DNA from: Planctomycetota bacterium | GTDB taxonomy: Bacteria > Planctomycetota > Planctomycetia > Gemmatales > Gemmataceae | Direction: 5' to 3' | Assembly (NCBI GenBank): GCA_016191165.1 | Contig: JACPPF010000050.1 | Coordinates: forward strand, 2,088 to 66,087 | DNA: 64,000 bases | Shown here: piece by piece, positions 45,668 through 55,131 of the stretch | Position numbering within the stretch: position 1 is the stretch's first letter | Layout of the letters: every line of letters starts with the position of its first letter | Program-made: the position numbers and the translations under genes | Notes under the pieces: model-generated | The model's input: the letters and a program-made list of their open reading frames with translations, nothing else | Database searches by the model: none | Told to the model about the DNA's origin: nothing

Positions 45668-46102
45668 TTAGCACGATAGTATACAGAAAAACAGATCAGA
45701 AGTGAACATCGGGTTTCGCCAAAGAAAAATAGCGGGCCGAAAGCTACAACTGGCGAACGCCTCGTACTGCCCCGTGCGTTCCCAGTACGCGTGCTCGATG
45801 TTGACGGCCGCGATGTAGTACGGCAGCAGCATCGCCTCGTTGGCGAAGAGTTGCTCCTTGTAGACGCGCGGCAAATCCTTCTTCGGGATGCGGTTGATGA
45901 GGTTGACGATGAAGTTGCCGGTCCCTGTGCACGGGTCGAGGATGTTCACCCCCTTGGAGCCGAGCGTCAGGTTGAACTCGGTTTTAACCCTTTCCTGGTG
46001 AATAGCGCCAACGCCGCGGTACTCGTTGAGTGATTGATGGTAGAGCTGAATCGCCTTGTGGTTCGACTTGATGATCCTGGGATCGCTCTTTTTCCTGGGC
46101 AT
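45668..46102 (-). pseudogene. fragment of a gamma-class MTase domain of a type ISP / IIG restriction-modification enzyme
   Basis: VNILDPCTGTGNFIV (motif I) and LFANEAMLLPYYIAAVNIEH match the type ISP/IIG MTase module. Homology is lost after ...QYEAF, no NPPY motif follows, and the upstream side ends at a palindromic repeat. Confidence 0.5.
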
Positions 46103-46136
46103 GGGGTTCCTTCCGGAGTCGGCGTCGGGCGAAAAC

Positions 46137-46199
46137 GTAGGTCAGCCTTTCCAGGCTGACTCGTTTCGCAAGAATGTCAGGCTGGAAAGCCTGACCTAC
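46137..46199. repeat. family A double-hairpin palindrome, intergenic copy with a compensatory stem swap
   Basis: The left hairpin reads GTCAGCC..GGCTGAC instead of GTCAGGC..GCCTGAC. The G:C to C:G swap preserves pairing. Confidence 0.9.
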
Positions 46200-46319
46200 A
46201 GCAAAACTACTCCGATTGTAACACGCCGTGTTTTTCTTCACCCAACAGGCGATATGATACTTTGAGTTTGTGCCAACCTCCCGCAAGTTGAATCCTACCC
46301 GCCTTTTCGGAGAGAACTC

Positions 46320-47675
46320 ATGTTTGACCGAGCTCATTTGTCGCGCCGTAGCTTTCTCAAGATCGGCGCGTTCGGCGCTGCCGGGTTGACGTTGCCGCAG
46401 TTGTTGCGGGCGGAAGAAGCGGCGGGGATTCGGTCGTCGCGGAAGTCGGTGATCTTGATTTACTTGGTGGGCGGGCCGCCGCATCAGGACATGTTTGATC
46501 TGAAGCCAGACGCGCCGCGCGAGTTTCGCGGGCCGTGGAATCCGATTGCCACCAACGTGAACGGCATTCAGATTGGCGAGGCGTTCCCGAAGTTGGCGGG
46601 CATGATGGACAAGCTGGCGGTGGTGCGTTCGCTGGTGGGGAACCAGGCGGACCACGACGCGATTCAGGTGTTCAATGGGCATCACCCGCGCCGTCAGCCG
46701 ACGCCGAGCGGCGGTTGGCCTCAATTCGGCTCGACGGTCGCGCGGCTTCAAGGGGCGGCCGATCCGGCGACGCCGCCGTTCATCAGCCTGTGCTACACCT
46801 GCACGCATGGGCCGTACAACGAGCCGGGGCCTGGGTTTCTCGGCACGTCGTTCGCGCCGTTTCGGCCGATGGGGCCGTCGCGCAACGACATGCTCTTGCG
46901 TGGCGTGACGGTCGATCGCCTCGCGGATCGCCGGACGCTGTTGCGCAGCTTCGACACGATGCGCCGCGACGTGGATGCGACCGGCATGTTGCAAGGCCTG
47001 GACACGTTCAACCAGCAGGCGTTCGGGTTGCTCACATCGTCGCGTCTGGCGGATGCGCTCGATCTATCGAAGGAAGACCCGCGCATCGTCGCCCGCTATG
47101 GCACGGGCAATCCGACGGTGATGATGGACGGCAACGGAGCGCCGCGGGTGCCACAGTCGATGCTGCTCGCTCGCCGTCTGGTCGAGGCCGGCGCTCGCGT
47201 CGTCACGCTCAACTACAGCAAATGGGACTGGCACGGCGGCCTCAACGCGGAAGGCCGGGCCAACAACTCGATCTTCTTGCGCGAGGAAGAGGACTTCCCA
47301 ATCTTCGACAACTGCGTCAGCGCCCTTGTTGAGGATCTGCACGTCCGCGGGCTTTCGGACGATTGCTCGGTCATCATCATGGGCGAGTTCGGCCGTACGC
47401 CGCGCATCAGTGGGCAGGTCGGCCGCGACCACTGGCCGCAGGTCAACATGGCCCTGCTGGCGGGCGGCGGGATGCGGACCGGCCAGGTGATCGGCGCCAC
47501 CGACCGCATCGCCGGCGAGGCCGTCAGCCGGCCCGTGACCTTCGGCGAGTTGTATGCCACGCTTTATCACAACCTCGGCATCGACGTGAATTCCACGACG
47601 ATCACCGACCTGGGTGGCAGGCCGCAATACCTTGTTGAAGGCAACGCCGTGCCGATGCGGGAACTGGTGGGATAG
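46320..47675 (+). CDS. DUF1501 protein with Tat signal
   Basis: SRRSFLKIGAFGAAGL signal. WDWHG, MGEFGRTP and GRDHWP blocks. Confidence 0.9.
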   Translation: MFDRAHLSRRSFLKIGAFGAAGLTLPQLLRAEEAAGIRSSRKSVILIYLVGGPPHQDMFDLKPDAPREFRGPWNPIATNVNGIQIGEAFPKLAGMMDKLAVVRSLVGNQADHDAIQVFNGHHPRRQPTPSGGWPQFGSTVARLQGAADPATPPFISLCYTCTHGPYNEPGPGFLGTSFAPFRPMGPSRNDMLLRGVTVDRLADRRTLLRSFDTMRRDVDATGMLQGLDTFNQQAFGLLTSSRLADALDLSKEDPRIVARYGTGNPTVMMDGNGAPRVPQSMLLARRLVEAGARVVTLNYSKWDWHGGLNAEGRANNSIFLREEEDFPIFDNCVSALVEDLHVRGLSDDCSVIIMGEFGRTPRISGQVGRDHWPQVNMALLAGGGMRTGQVIGATDRIAGEAVSRPVTFGELYATLYHNLGIDVNSTTITDLGGRPQYLVEGNAVPMRELVG

Positions 47676-47703
47676 GCGAACGCACCGTGAAGGAGGTGGG
47701 AGC

Positions 47704-49284
47704 ATGGCACATCGGCTCGGCTGCAATCACACCGACCACCCGCGCATCGGCCGGCGCGAACTGCTTCAGGTCGGCGGGATGAGCCTGCTCGGCGCCGGCA
47801 TTTCCGACCTCCTGAGGCTTGAAGCTGAAGCGACAACCCCCTCACCCCCTGCCCATCTCGCGCAAGGGGAGAGGGGAGGCAGGCGCGCCGAATCGGTCAT
47901 CTTCATCTTTCAGTCGGGCGGCCCCTCGCAGCACGAGACATGGGACCCGAAGCCAAACGCCCCCGACATGATTCGCGGCGAGTACGGCACGACGGCGACG
48001 CGCATCATCGGCGCGCGGTTTTGCGAATACTTGCCTCGGCTGGCGGTGCGGGCCGACAAGTTCTCGATTGTGCGCACGCTGCACCACATCGCGGGTCGGG
48101 AATTTCGCAACGAGCACAATAGTTGCCATTACCTACTTCACACGGGCACGACCGCGCTGCCGGTCGGCGATTCCAACGCCAGCATCACGGCGCCGCGCGC
48201 AGGGCGATTTGAGTGGCCGTCGCTCGGGTCGTTAGTTGCGTATGCCGCGCCGACCGCTCAAGGCGTCGCGCTCCCTGCCGTCATCGAGTTGCCGCGGGCA
48301 AACCTGATGCGCTATCCAGGCCGAGAGCCTGGCATCCTTGGACCGCGATACGCACGGTGGGGGGTTGATCTGGCCCAGCCGTGCCGGGCGCCGGACGCGG
48401 CGGGTTCGTGTCCGAATTGTTTTAGCCACGACGATCCGAACGACCCCGCCCGCGCCGCCGGTCCCAGTCCACGCGCGTGGTGGAACAACTCGAGTTGCCG
48501 CGATGCGACATTCAAGCTGCCTGATATCGGCGGGACCTTGAGCGTGCCGTACAGCCAACTCGAAGATCGGGCGTCCCTGCTGGCACGCCTCGACGGCCTG
48601 CGGCGTGAGCGCGACGCCGCTCCTCAGCGAGCCTATGACGTACACCGTCAGCGGGCTTTCGATCTACTCTTTACGACCCGTCCGGGCGCACAAAATCCAT
48701 TCGACATTCGCCAAGAGACCGACCGTATCCGCGATCGCTATGGTCGCGAGGAGTGGGGGCAGGGCTTTCTGGTCGCGCGCCGCCTCGTTGAGGCCGGTGT
48801 CCGCATGGTGCAGGTGAACCTGCGCGGTTGGGACACGCACCAGAATGCGTTTCGCGATCTGAGGGGCAAGTTGCTCCCGTCGATCGATCTGGCGTTGAGC
48901 GGCCTACTCGATGATCTTGAGGAGCGCGGGCTGCTCGATGAAGTGCTGGTCGTGATGTGCGGTGAGATGGGTCGCACGCCGCGGATCAGCCCGATCAGCG
49001 CCGGCGGGCGCAACGCGTCGGGTGAAATCTTCACCCCAGGCCGGCATCACTGGGGCGACGTGTTCCCCTGCTTCTTCGCAGGCGCTGGCATTCGGGCGGG
49101 ACAAATCATCGGCCAGACCGACCGGGACGGCGGCGTGCCGGTGAGCGAAGGTTTCACCCCCGAAGATCTCGCCGCGACCATCTTCCACTGCCTCGGCGTC
49201 GGCCCCGACCGCGAATTCCACGATCAGGCAGGCCGACCCTATCGCATGACGCGCGGCACGCCGATTCGCGGGCTGGTTGGATAG
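47704..49284 (+). CDS. DUF1501 protein with Tat-like signal and larger inserts
   Basis: GRRELLQVGGMSLLGAG. WDTHQN, CGEMGRTP and GRHHW blocks. A palindromic insert follows the signal region. Confidence 0.9.
   Translation: MAHRLGCNHTDHPRIGRRELLQVGGMSLLGAGISDLLRLEAEATTPSPPAHLAQGERGGRRAESVIFIFQSGGPSQHETWDPKPNAPDMIRGEYGTTATRIIGARFCEYLPRLAVRADKFSIVRTLHHIAGREFRNEHNSCHYLLHTGTTALPVGDSNASITAPRAGRFEWPSLGSLVAYAAPTAQGVALPAVIELPRANLMRYPGREPGILGPRYARWGVDLAQPCRAPDAAGSCPNCFSHDDPNDPARAAGPSPRAWWNNSSCRDATFKLPDIGGTLSVPYSQLEDRASLLARLDGLRRERDAAPQRAYDVHRQRAFDLLFTTRPGAQNPFDIRQETDRIRDRYGREEWGQGFLVARRLVEAGVRMVQVNLRGWDTHQNAFRDLRGKLLPSIDLALSGLLDDLEERGLLDEVLVVMCGEMGRTPRISPISAGGRNASGEIFTPGRHHWGDVFPCFFAGAGIRAGQIIGQTDRDGGVPVSEGFTPEDLAATIFHCLGVGPDREFHDQAGRPYRMTRGTPIRGLVG
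47837..47879. repeat. family G element inside a DUF1501 CDS
   Basis: CCCCCTCACCCCCTGCCCATCTCGCGCAAGGGGAGAGGGGAGG, translated as TPSPPAHLAQGERGG just after the signal region. Confidence 0.75.
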
Positions 49285-49351
49285 GCCGTCGGGATCGCCG
49301 CATCGTCGCTATAATCCAAACAGGGGACACGAACTCATCGAGGGCCTTGCA

Positions 49352-50077
49352 ATGCCCGTACACGATTGGACCATGGTTCCTGCCGGCATTTTTCACCACT
49401 TCCACGTGGCCTGGGTCAATGAATTGAGCAACACACTCAATGACGGCCTTCTGCCTCCGGGATATTACGCCCTTGCTGAGCAAGTCACGCGGCCATTTGG
49501 TCCGGACGTCTTGACCTTGCAAACCAATCGGCCGACGGACTCAGGCAATGGAATGGCGCGGCAAAGTGTCGCGCTACTGGAGAAACCGCCCAGGGCACGG
49601 GTTGTGCAGGAGAGCGATGCTGACCTCTACGCGAAGAAAGCCAATCGAATTGCCATCCGCCATGCGAGCGATGATCGCGTGATTGCGCTCGTCGAGGTGC
49701 TTTCGCCCGGGAACAAGAGCGGCCGACACGCGATCGACAGTTTGTTGGAAAAGGTCTGGTCGGCGCTTGATCAGGGAATCCACCTATTGCTGATCGACCT
49801 GTTTCCGCCCACGCCGCGCGATCCGGAAGGCATTCACCGCTTGATCTGGGATGACTCCGCGCCTCTTCCGCCAGCCGACCAGCCGTTGACGTTGGCCGCG
49901 TATCAGGCGACGCAGCCGCGTCGTGCGTTCGTGGAGCCGACCGCGGTGGGCCTGGCGTTGATCGACATGCCGCTGTTTTTGGATGCGGAGCACTACGTTC
50001 CGGTACCACTGGAAACGACCTATCAGGCCGCCTGGCGGGGCGTGCCGCAGCGCTGGAAATCGGTGCTGTTGAAATGA
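49352..50077 (+). CDS. DUF4058-family protein
   Basis: N-terminal MPVHDW...FHHFHVAWVNEL...LPPGYYALAEQ is typical of DUF4058. Confidence 0.65.
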   Translation: MPVHDWTMVPAGIFHHFHVAWVNELSNTLNDGLLPPGYYALAEQVTRPFGPDVLTLQTNRPTDSGNGMARQSVALLEKPPRARVVQESDADLYAKKANRIAIRHASDDRVIALVEVLSPGNKSGRHAIDSLLEKVWSALDQGIHLLLIDLFPPTPRDPEGIHRLIWDDSAPLPPADQPLTLAAYQATQPRRAFVEPTAVGLALIDMPLFLDAEHYVPVPLETTYQAAWRGVPQRWKSVLLK

Positions 50078-50427
50078 GACAGCGCGCAAAAAAAGACCTC
50101 CACCTGTGCCGTCTGGTGCGCTTTTGAGAACCCGCATTAATTCGGGGGTGCCGCACGCCCGGATTTTGGATCCCACTACTGGGTGGGCTTGCAAGCACCG
50201 GACGAAAAAATTAGGCTCCCATACGAGTTCTTATCGGTTCGTCAAAAGGATCGCAACGTAACGAACACTGCAGAGGTCCCCATCACTTTATCGCAACGCG
50301 GACGGGAGTTCAAGGGCGCGTTTCTGGCCAAGCGGATTTCGTATTCAACGCAGGCAACAGTTGGACCTCACCGCCGAAGACAGCGACCTCGACGTTTTTA
50401 CGGCCCGCGTCACGGTGACACCGTGAG

Positions 50428-52065
50428 GTGAACAACATGCGACATTCATGCACACTGCCAGTGGTATTCGCAATTGCCGCTATACTGTTAATTTCGGGGG
50501 TATTCCTCGGACAATGGCAAATCGGCGGCGCAGGCAGTCAAGAAGCGGAAAAACCGCCGGTCCTTGGGATGCCGCGGCGTTTTCCATTGCCGCCGCGGGC
50601 GGGCCTCGCCGCGCGATCGATGGGAGACAAAGTACTCTTCGAGGCCTCGGCCATTTCGCCAAACGGTAGGTTGGTTGGCTTAACCGAATACAGTGGACGT
50701 TCGGACGTAACTCCGGGAATTTTGGACCTCCGAACGGGAAAGAGAACCCTCCTACCAATGGTCCAAAATGCCGTCGGTGTCGGAATGACCTTTTCACCCG
50801 ACGGGAAATATGTCTCGTTTAGCGCTTCCAACGCCCGTTTCTTTTTCGTTTACGATGTAAATACAGGAAAGGTCGCGGCAAGGAACAAGGGCGCTCACAC
50901 TTACTCCGCCAATGGCAAATACATGGTTGCTCCTGGTGCGATCATTGACGTTCCATCTGGCCAACTCGTCCATAGTTACGAACTCGACCGCCGAATGAAC
51001 GAATACTACATTAGCGACAGCCACTACATGGCCACCGTTTCGTGCTGGGGTGCATCGTTGACGTTGAAGCGTGATGACCCGCGAACCATCTGGGATGTGT
51101 CCGTTTTTGATTACCGCACTGGCGCCTACCGCGGATGCGCCAGTCGCACGTTCTCCCTAGAGATGCTGCCGTCACGTGACCCGAAGTTGAGACCGGCCCC
51201 CGACGTGGGCGCGAATTTCAAAGGCCCCTACGCCAAACTTCACCAAGCCGGCGCCCTGGCCCACGGGTGTTTCGGCATCCGTTTTTCTCCGACCGGAAAG
51301 CCATACATTTTCCCACGGCTTCCCAAAGGCGCTCTATATGCCAAGATTCCTTTGGGAAAAAAAGAAAACGGAGTTTCGCTGCGCGACCGAGTCACCGATG
51401 AACAGTTAGCGTGGTTCAATTGGCCGGCCGAGTACCTTCCAGAGCCATGCGGCGTTTCGACGGACAACGGCACGATGGTGGCGGCAGGGCAAACAAGCGA
51501 AAAAAAACATGAATTATTTGCTTGGGACATCTCCGCCTTCCGCAAATACGCGGCCCGCGTGCGGCCTGATTTGCCGATGTCGCAGTGGGACGGGCATTGG
51601 CAAAAGCTCGCTGGCGAAGACCCCAACGCCGCGTTCAAATCCATGCGCCGCCTCGCCGCGTCACCCACGCAAACCCTCGCCATTCTCAAGGATCGTTTGC
51701 GACCCGTCAAAACACAAATTGACCTGGCCGCACTGGTCGCCCAACTTGACGGCCCCTTCGCCGCGCGGCAGAAGGCGGATCAAGCCTTGCGCGCCGTCGG
51801 CGACGATGCCATCCCCTTTCTGGAAAAGGGCCTCAAGGCCAAGCAGTCGCTCGAAGCCAGGCGGCGCACGGAAGCCATCCTCAAGGACCTGCGTGCGCCG
51901 GGACTGCCCCCTGCCGAGACGCGCCGCCTGTTATGGTCGATCGAATTGCTTGAATTCTTGGGAAACGCCGACGCAAAGAAGCTCCTGGAACGCCTGGCAA
52001 CGGGAACGCCAACCGCCTGGGTCACCCTGGAAGCGCGTGCGTCGCTGAAACGTCTGGCCAAATAA
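50428..52065 (+). CDS. membrane-anchored hypothetical protein, beta-propeller-like repeats plus helical C-terminal domain
   Basis: Signal anchor. Repeats of the type FSPDGKYVSF / SANGKYMVAP. Helical C-terminal third. The 5' half has lower GC. Confidence 0.55.
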   Translation: MNNMRHSCTLPVVFAIAAILLISGVFLGQWQIGGAGSQEAEKPPVLGMPRRFPLPPRAGLAARSMGDKVLFEASAISPNGRLVGLTEYSGRSDVTPGILDLRTGKRTLLPMVQNAVGVGMTFSPDGKYVSFSASNARFFFVYDVNTGKVAARNKGAHTYSANGKYMVAPGAIIDVPSGQLVHSYELDRRMNEYYISDSHYMATVSCWGASLTLKRDDPRTIWDVSVFDYRTGAYRGCASRTFSLEMLPSRDPKLRPAPDVGANFKGPYAKLHQAGALAHGCFGIRFSPTGKPYIFPRLPKGALYAKIPLGKKENGVSLRDRVTDEQLAWFNWPAEYLPEPCGVSTDNGTMVAAGQTSEKKHELFAWDISAFRKYAARVRPDLPMSQWDGHWQKLAGEDPNAAFKSMRRLAASPTQTLAILKDRLRPVKTQIDLAALVAQLDGPFAARQKADQALRAVGDDAIPFLEKGLKAKQSLEARRRTEAILKDLRAPGLPPAETRRLLWSIELLEFLGNADAKKLLERLATGTPTAWVTLEARASLKRLAK

Positions 52066-52101
52066 ATCGACGAGTTTTCAGGCTGCCATGTGGTTCCGCA
52101 T

Positions 52102-53946
52102 TTATTTCCCATAAAGCTGCACGATACTCGCCGCCTGTTCCCGTTCGCCGAGCCATTTGGCGACTTCCTCGATCTCCCTGGCGAAGCCTTCATTCTGCCG
52201 TCGTTCGGCGAGAACCTCCTGAGTCACGTCGGTAAGCAGTTGTTCGTAGTTTTGCGTCAGGTCTTCTCGCAGCCGTTTTTCCAGGCGTTCGTGGAACTGC
52301 CCGCGAATCGCTTGCCAGCGCAGGGGCAGACACAATGCGACCACGATGTGCATGATGACCAGCGTAATCAACATCGCCGCCAGCGGTTGTAGAAGATCCA
52401 TGAACAGGAACGAACGCGGCGGCGAACCCATCGTGTATTGCCACAGGAGAAGCGTTCCCATCGCGGCCCCGGCGACGCCTGGGAGCCAGTCGGCCAGCAG
52501 GATGACGCCCTTCTGGAACCAGCGTTTGACGCCCTTGGGCTGCGACCAGCCTTGCTCGACGGTCGCGATCACCTCGATCATTGCCTGGGCATAGCGCTGT
52601 CGCCAGTCCAGGTGCGACACCGACTCGGCCGGTTCGCTCAACAGGCCGAGCGGAATGCCGAGCGTGTCCGCCTCGACGAGCAGACGGTTGGTCAGCGCCT
52701 TGAGCCGGGATTGAAGGTGCTGCTCGGAGGCGGCCGCGCTGCACGCCTCGGTGAAGCGGGCGAGATCCCATTCCTGCGGAGTGCGCACGGCAGAACTGCG
52801 CCCGGCGAACGGAATCTGGTCGCGCAGCGTGCTGCCGGTGTAGCGCAGCCGATTGAAGGCATGCAAGTACCAGGCCATGAGACCGGTGAAGTGCTTTTGG
52901 CGCTCGGTCGCGAAATGATGCTCGATCTCCTTCTGGTAGGGATCGAGTGTGTTGAGCAGAACGCTGGCGGCGCCCTCGGCCTCGTCGCCAAGCATGCGTG
53001 TCCAGGCGGAGCGGATGCGCTCGGCTGGCTCGCTCAAGTCGGGCGGGCAGATTGCCTCCATGGTTTCTTCAAGTTGCCGGAGCAGCTGGCTCACGCCGCG
53101 CGCCTTGATCGCTTCCACTTCGAGACGGGTGAGCCCCTGTTCGAGCCAGTGGACGAGTTCGGTGAACTGTTCGCCCTCGACGGGTGGGCTAACCCCGCCA
53201 TTCGCTTCGCTCATGACGGGGCTTGCCGGGTGATCGACCCAGTGCTGGGCGCAAGTGCGAAAGAGCAGCGGGTTTTGAAACCCCTCGGCCTTCAGATCCC
53301 GCAGCAAGTCGTCATCGGGTCGTACGCCGACGGCGCCGGGATGCAGGCAGCGGTCCCATTTGTTGAGCACAAAAGCAAACGCCCGGCGTTGCCTTTGCTC
53401 CAGGAATAATTCCCAGCCGAGCTTGTCGTGATACTTCTCCTGCGACCCGACATAGAGGACGATGTCGGCAACGGGGAGGATACGCATTAGCTTTTCGCGA
53501 TTGGCCAAATCGTTGCTGTCCAGATCGGGCGTATCGACGAGGATCTTCTGCTCCAACGCGGGCCGATCGTGCGACGCGAGTTTGCAAAATTGCAGGGCGG
53601 GATCGAGCCGGGTGGTCTGGATCGAGTGATGGTAATAGACGACCGGATCGCGCGTGGTGGGCCGAGCGAAGGAGGCGTTGGCGATGGCCCCGCCCGCCAG
53701 GGCATTGAGCAGCGTTGACTTACCGACCCCGGTGCCGCCCATGAGAATGATGGTCAAGAGCGGCTTTTCCATTTGCAGCGCATCGGCCTGGCGTTCCAGA
53801 TCGCCAGCTAATCCTTCGAGCGAAGCGCGCTGCAGCGTGGTGATCGGGTAGCGATGCTTTGCATCGAGCCAGGCACGCAGGCGACGTTCCAGTTCGCGCA
53901 GCGCGGGGGCGAGGGTTCGTAACAGGGGTTGGTTGTCGGGGGGCAT
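52102..53946 (-). CDS. membrane-associated GTPase (dynamin-like / HSR1-type G domain)
   Basis: G1 GGTGVGKST, G3 LVDTPDLDS and G4-like VLNKWD. Two C-terminal TM helices. Confidence 0.75.
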   Translation of the reverse strand: MPPDNQPLLRTLAPALRELERRLRAWLDAKHRYPITTLQRASLEGLAGDLERQADALQMEKPLLTIILMGGTGVGKSTLLNALAGGAIANASFARPTTRDPVVYYHHSIQTTRLDPALQFCKLASHDRPALEQKILVDTPDLDSNDLANREKLMRILPVADIVLYVGSQEKYHDKLGWELFLEQRQRRAFAFVLNKWDRCLHPGAVGVRPDDDLLRDLKAEGFQNPLLFRTCAQHWVDHPASPVMSEANGGVSPPVEGEQFTELVHWLEQGLTRLEVEAIKARGVSQLLRQLEETMEAICPPDLSEPAERIRSAWTRMLGDEAEGAASVLLNTLDPYQKEIEHHFATERQKHFTGLMAWYLHAFNRLRYTGSTLRDQIPFAGRSSAVRTPQEWDLARFTEACSAAASEQHLQSRLKALTNRLLVEADTLGIPLGLLSEPAESVSHLDWRQRYAQAMIEVIATVEQGWSQPKGVKRWFQKGVILLADWLPGVAGAAMGTLLLWQYTMGSPPRSFLFMDLLQPLAAMLITLVIMHIVVALCLPLRWQAIRGQFHERLEKRLREDLTQNYEQLLTDVTQEVLAERRQNEGFAREIEEVAKWLGEREQAASIVQLYGK

Positions 53947-53959
53947 AACGATTCCGTTT

Positions 53960-54025
53960 GTTTAGCCGCTCGCCTTTGGCGAGCGCGAATCAACGAGCGC
54001 GCTCGCCAAAGGCGAGCGGCTAAAC
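53960..54025. repeat. long perfect palindrome (28-bp arms) GTTTAGCCGCTCGCCTTTGGCGAGCGCG / CGCGCTCGCCAAAGGCGAGCGGCTAAAC
   Basis: Each arm is also a hairpin (GCTCGCC..GGCGAGC). It fills the gap between the ApbE stop and the GTPase start. Confidence 0.9.
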
Positions 54026-55053
54026 TATTTCCACAAATATTTCGCAAAACGTTTTGACGCCGTGGTCGCGACGCGGCCATTCGTTTCAAACACAAACAGC
54101 GCCGCCAACTCCGTGCGTCCATCAATCAACTTCAAACCGCGTTCAACGCCGAGGACGCAGCAGCCCGTATCAAGAGCGTCCGATGTCGTCGCGTTCGGCG
54201 CGATGACGGTGACACTGCGCCGACCGAGCTGGGCCATGCCGGTCTTCGGATGGACGATGTGCGAGTAGCGCTTGCCGCCGATTTCGAGATATTGCTCGGC
54301 ATCGCCCGCCGTGGAGACGCCGGCGTTTTTCAGGAGGAGATAATGCTCCGGTGCCGCGTCCGGGTTCTTGAGCGGGGCGATGCCGACTTTCCAGCCGCGC
54401 TCATTCGGCGGTGGATCGCCGACGGCAATGTCGCCGCCCGCAGCGACCAGCGCGCGCGCGATGCCATGTCGCCGCAGCACGGCAAGCGCGGCATCCGCAG
54501 CGTAGCCCTTGGCGATGCTGCCCAGGTCGAGCAACATGCCCTCTTTCTGGAGCCGTACGGTGCGGCGTTTCGGGTCTATTTGGAGGTTGCGATAATCGAC
54601 GAGTTGCAACGCCTGCTTGATGTCCTCCGCCTTCGGCAGTTCCTTGTTACGGCGAGCGCGGCGCCAGAGACGCACGACCGGGCTGATGCTGACGTCGAAC
54701 GCGCCGTCCGTCATCTTGCTGAACTCGTTCGCTTTCCTGAGCACCTCGAACAGATCGACGCTCACTCCCACCGGCTGGCCTCCCGCCTTCTCGCACAAAT
54801 TCATTAGCTCGCTGGTCGGTTGATAATCGCTCATGATTTGGTTCAGCTCAGCGACGCGGGCAAACGCCGCCCGGGCCGCCTTCCTGGCGGCCCCTTCATC
54901 CGGCGCGTAGAGGACAATGCGAAACATCGCCCCCATGTGCTGCTCGGAGAATTCATGGCGTGTCAGCGTCGCCGGCTGAAAGGCATTGACGGCCGCCAGT
55001 CCAGCGGGGAGAATCAATAAGCTGAGAATCAGGTGCTTGAACATGAAGCCCAT
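54025..55053 (-). CDS. apbE: FAD:protein FMN transferase (ApbE family)
   Basis: Signal peptide. LLDLGSIAKGYAADAA and GGDIAVG motifs. Confidence 0.85.
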   Translation of the reverse strand: MGFMFKHLILSLLILPAGLAAVNAFQPATLTRHEFSEQHMGAMFRIVLYAPDEGAARKAARAAFARVAELNQIMSDYQPTSELMNLCEKAGGQPVGVSVDLFEVLRKANEFSKMTDGAFDVSISPVVRLWRRARRNKELPKAEDIKQALQLVDYRNLQIDPKRRTVRLQKEGMLLDLGSIAKGYAADAALAVLRRHGIARALVAAGGDIAVGDPPPNERGWKVGIAPLKNPDAAPEHYLLLKNAGVSTAGDAEQYLEIGGKRYSHIVHPKTGMAQLGRRSVTVIAPNATTSDALDTGCCVLGVERGLKLIDGRTELAALFVFETNGRVATTASKRFAKYLWK

Positions 55054-55058
55054 TCTTT

Positions 55059-55088
55059 GTTTAGCGCCCGTGCGGCGGGTTCGGTAGC
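55059..55088. repeat. family B half-element
   Basis: GTTTAGCGCCCGTGCGGCGGG has no matching right arm. Confidence 0.6.
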
Positions 55089-55131
55089 CTTATGTCCGCC
55101 GTGTTGACTGCATCCCTGGAGAATACCATAC

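Noticed and set aside
43000-46300. Mobile-element origin (transposon or integrative element) for the R-M block and the other low-GC islets
   Set aside because: No transposase, integrase or recombinase ORF, no terminal inverted repeats specific to the block, and no flanking tRNA gene could be identified. Only compositional evidence for horizontal acquisition remains.
50183-50431. 82-aa ORF in the low-GC gap upstream of the beta-propeller-like gene
   Set aside because: No motif, no convincing ribosome-binding site, and it overlaps the next gene's start. It may be a gene remnant, but I cannot support a call.
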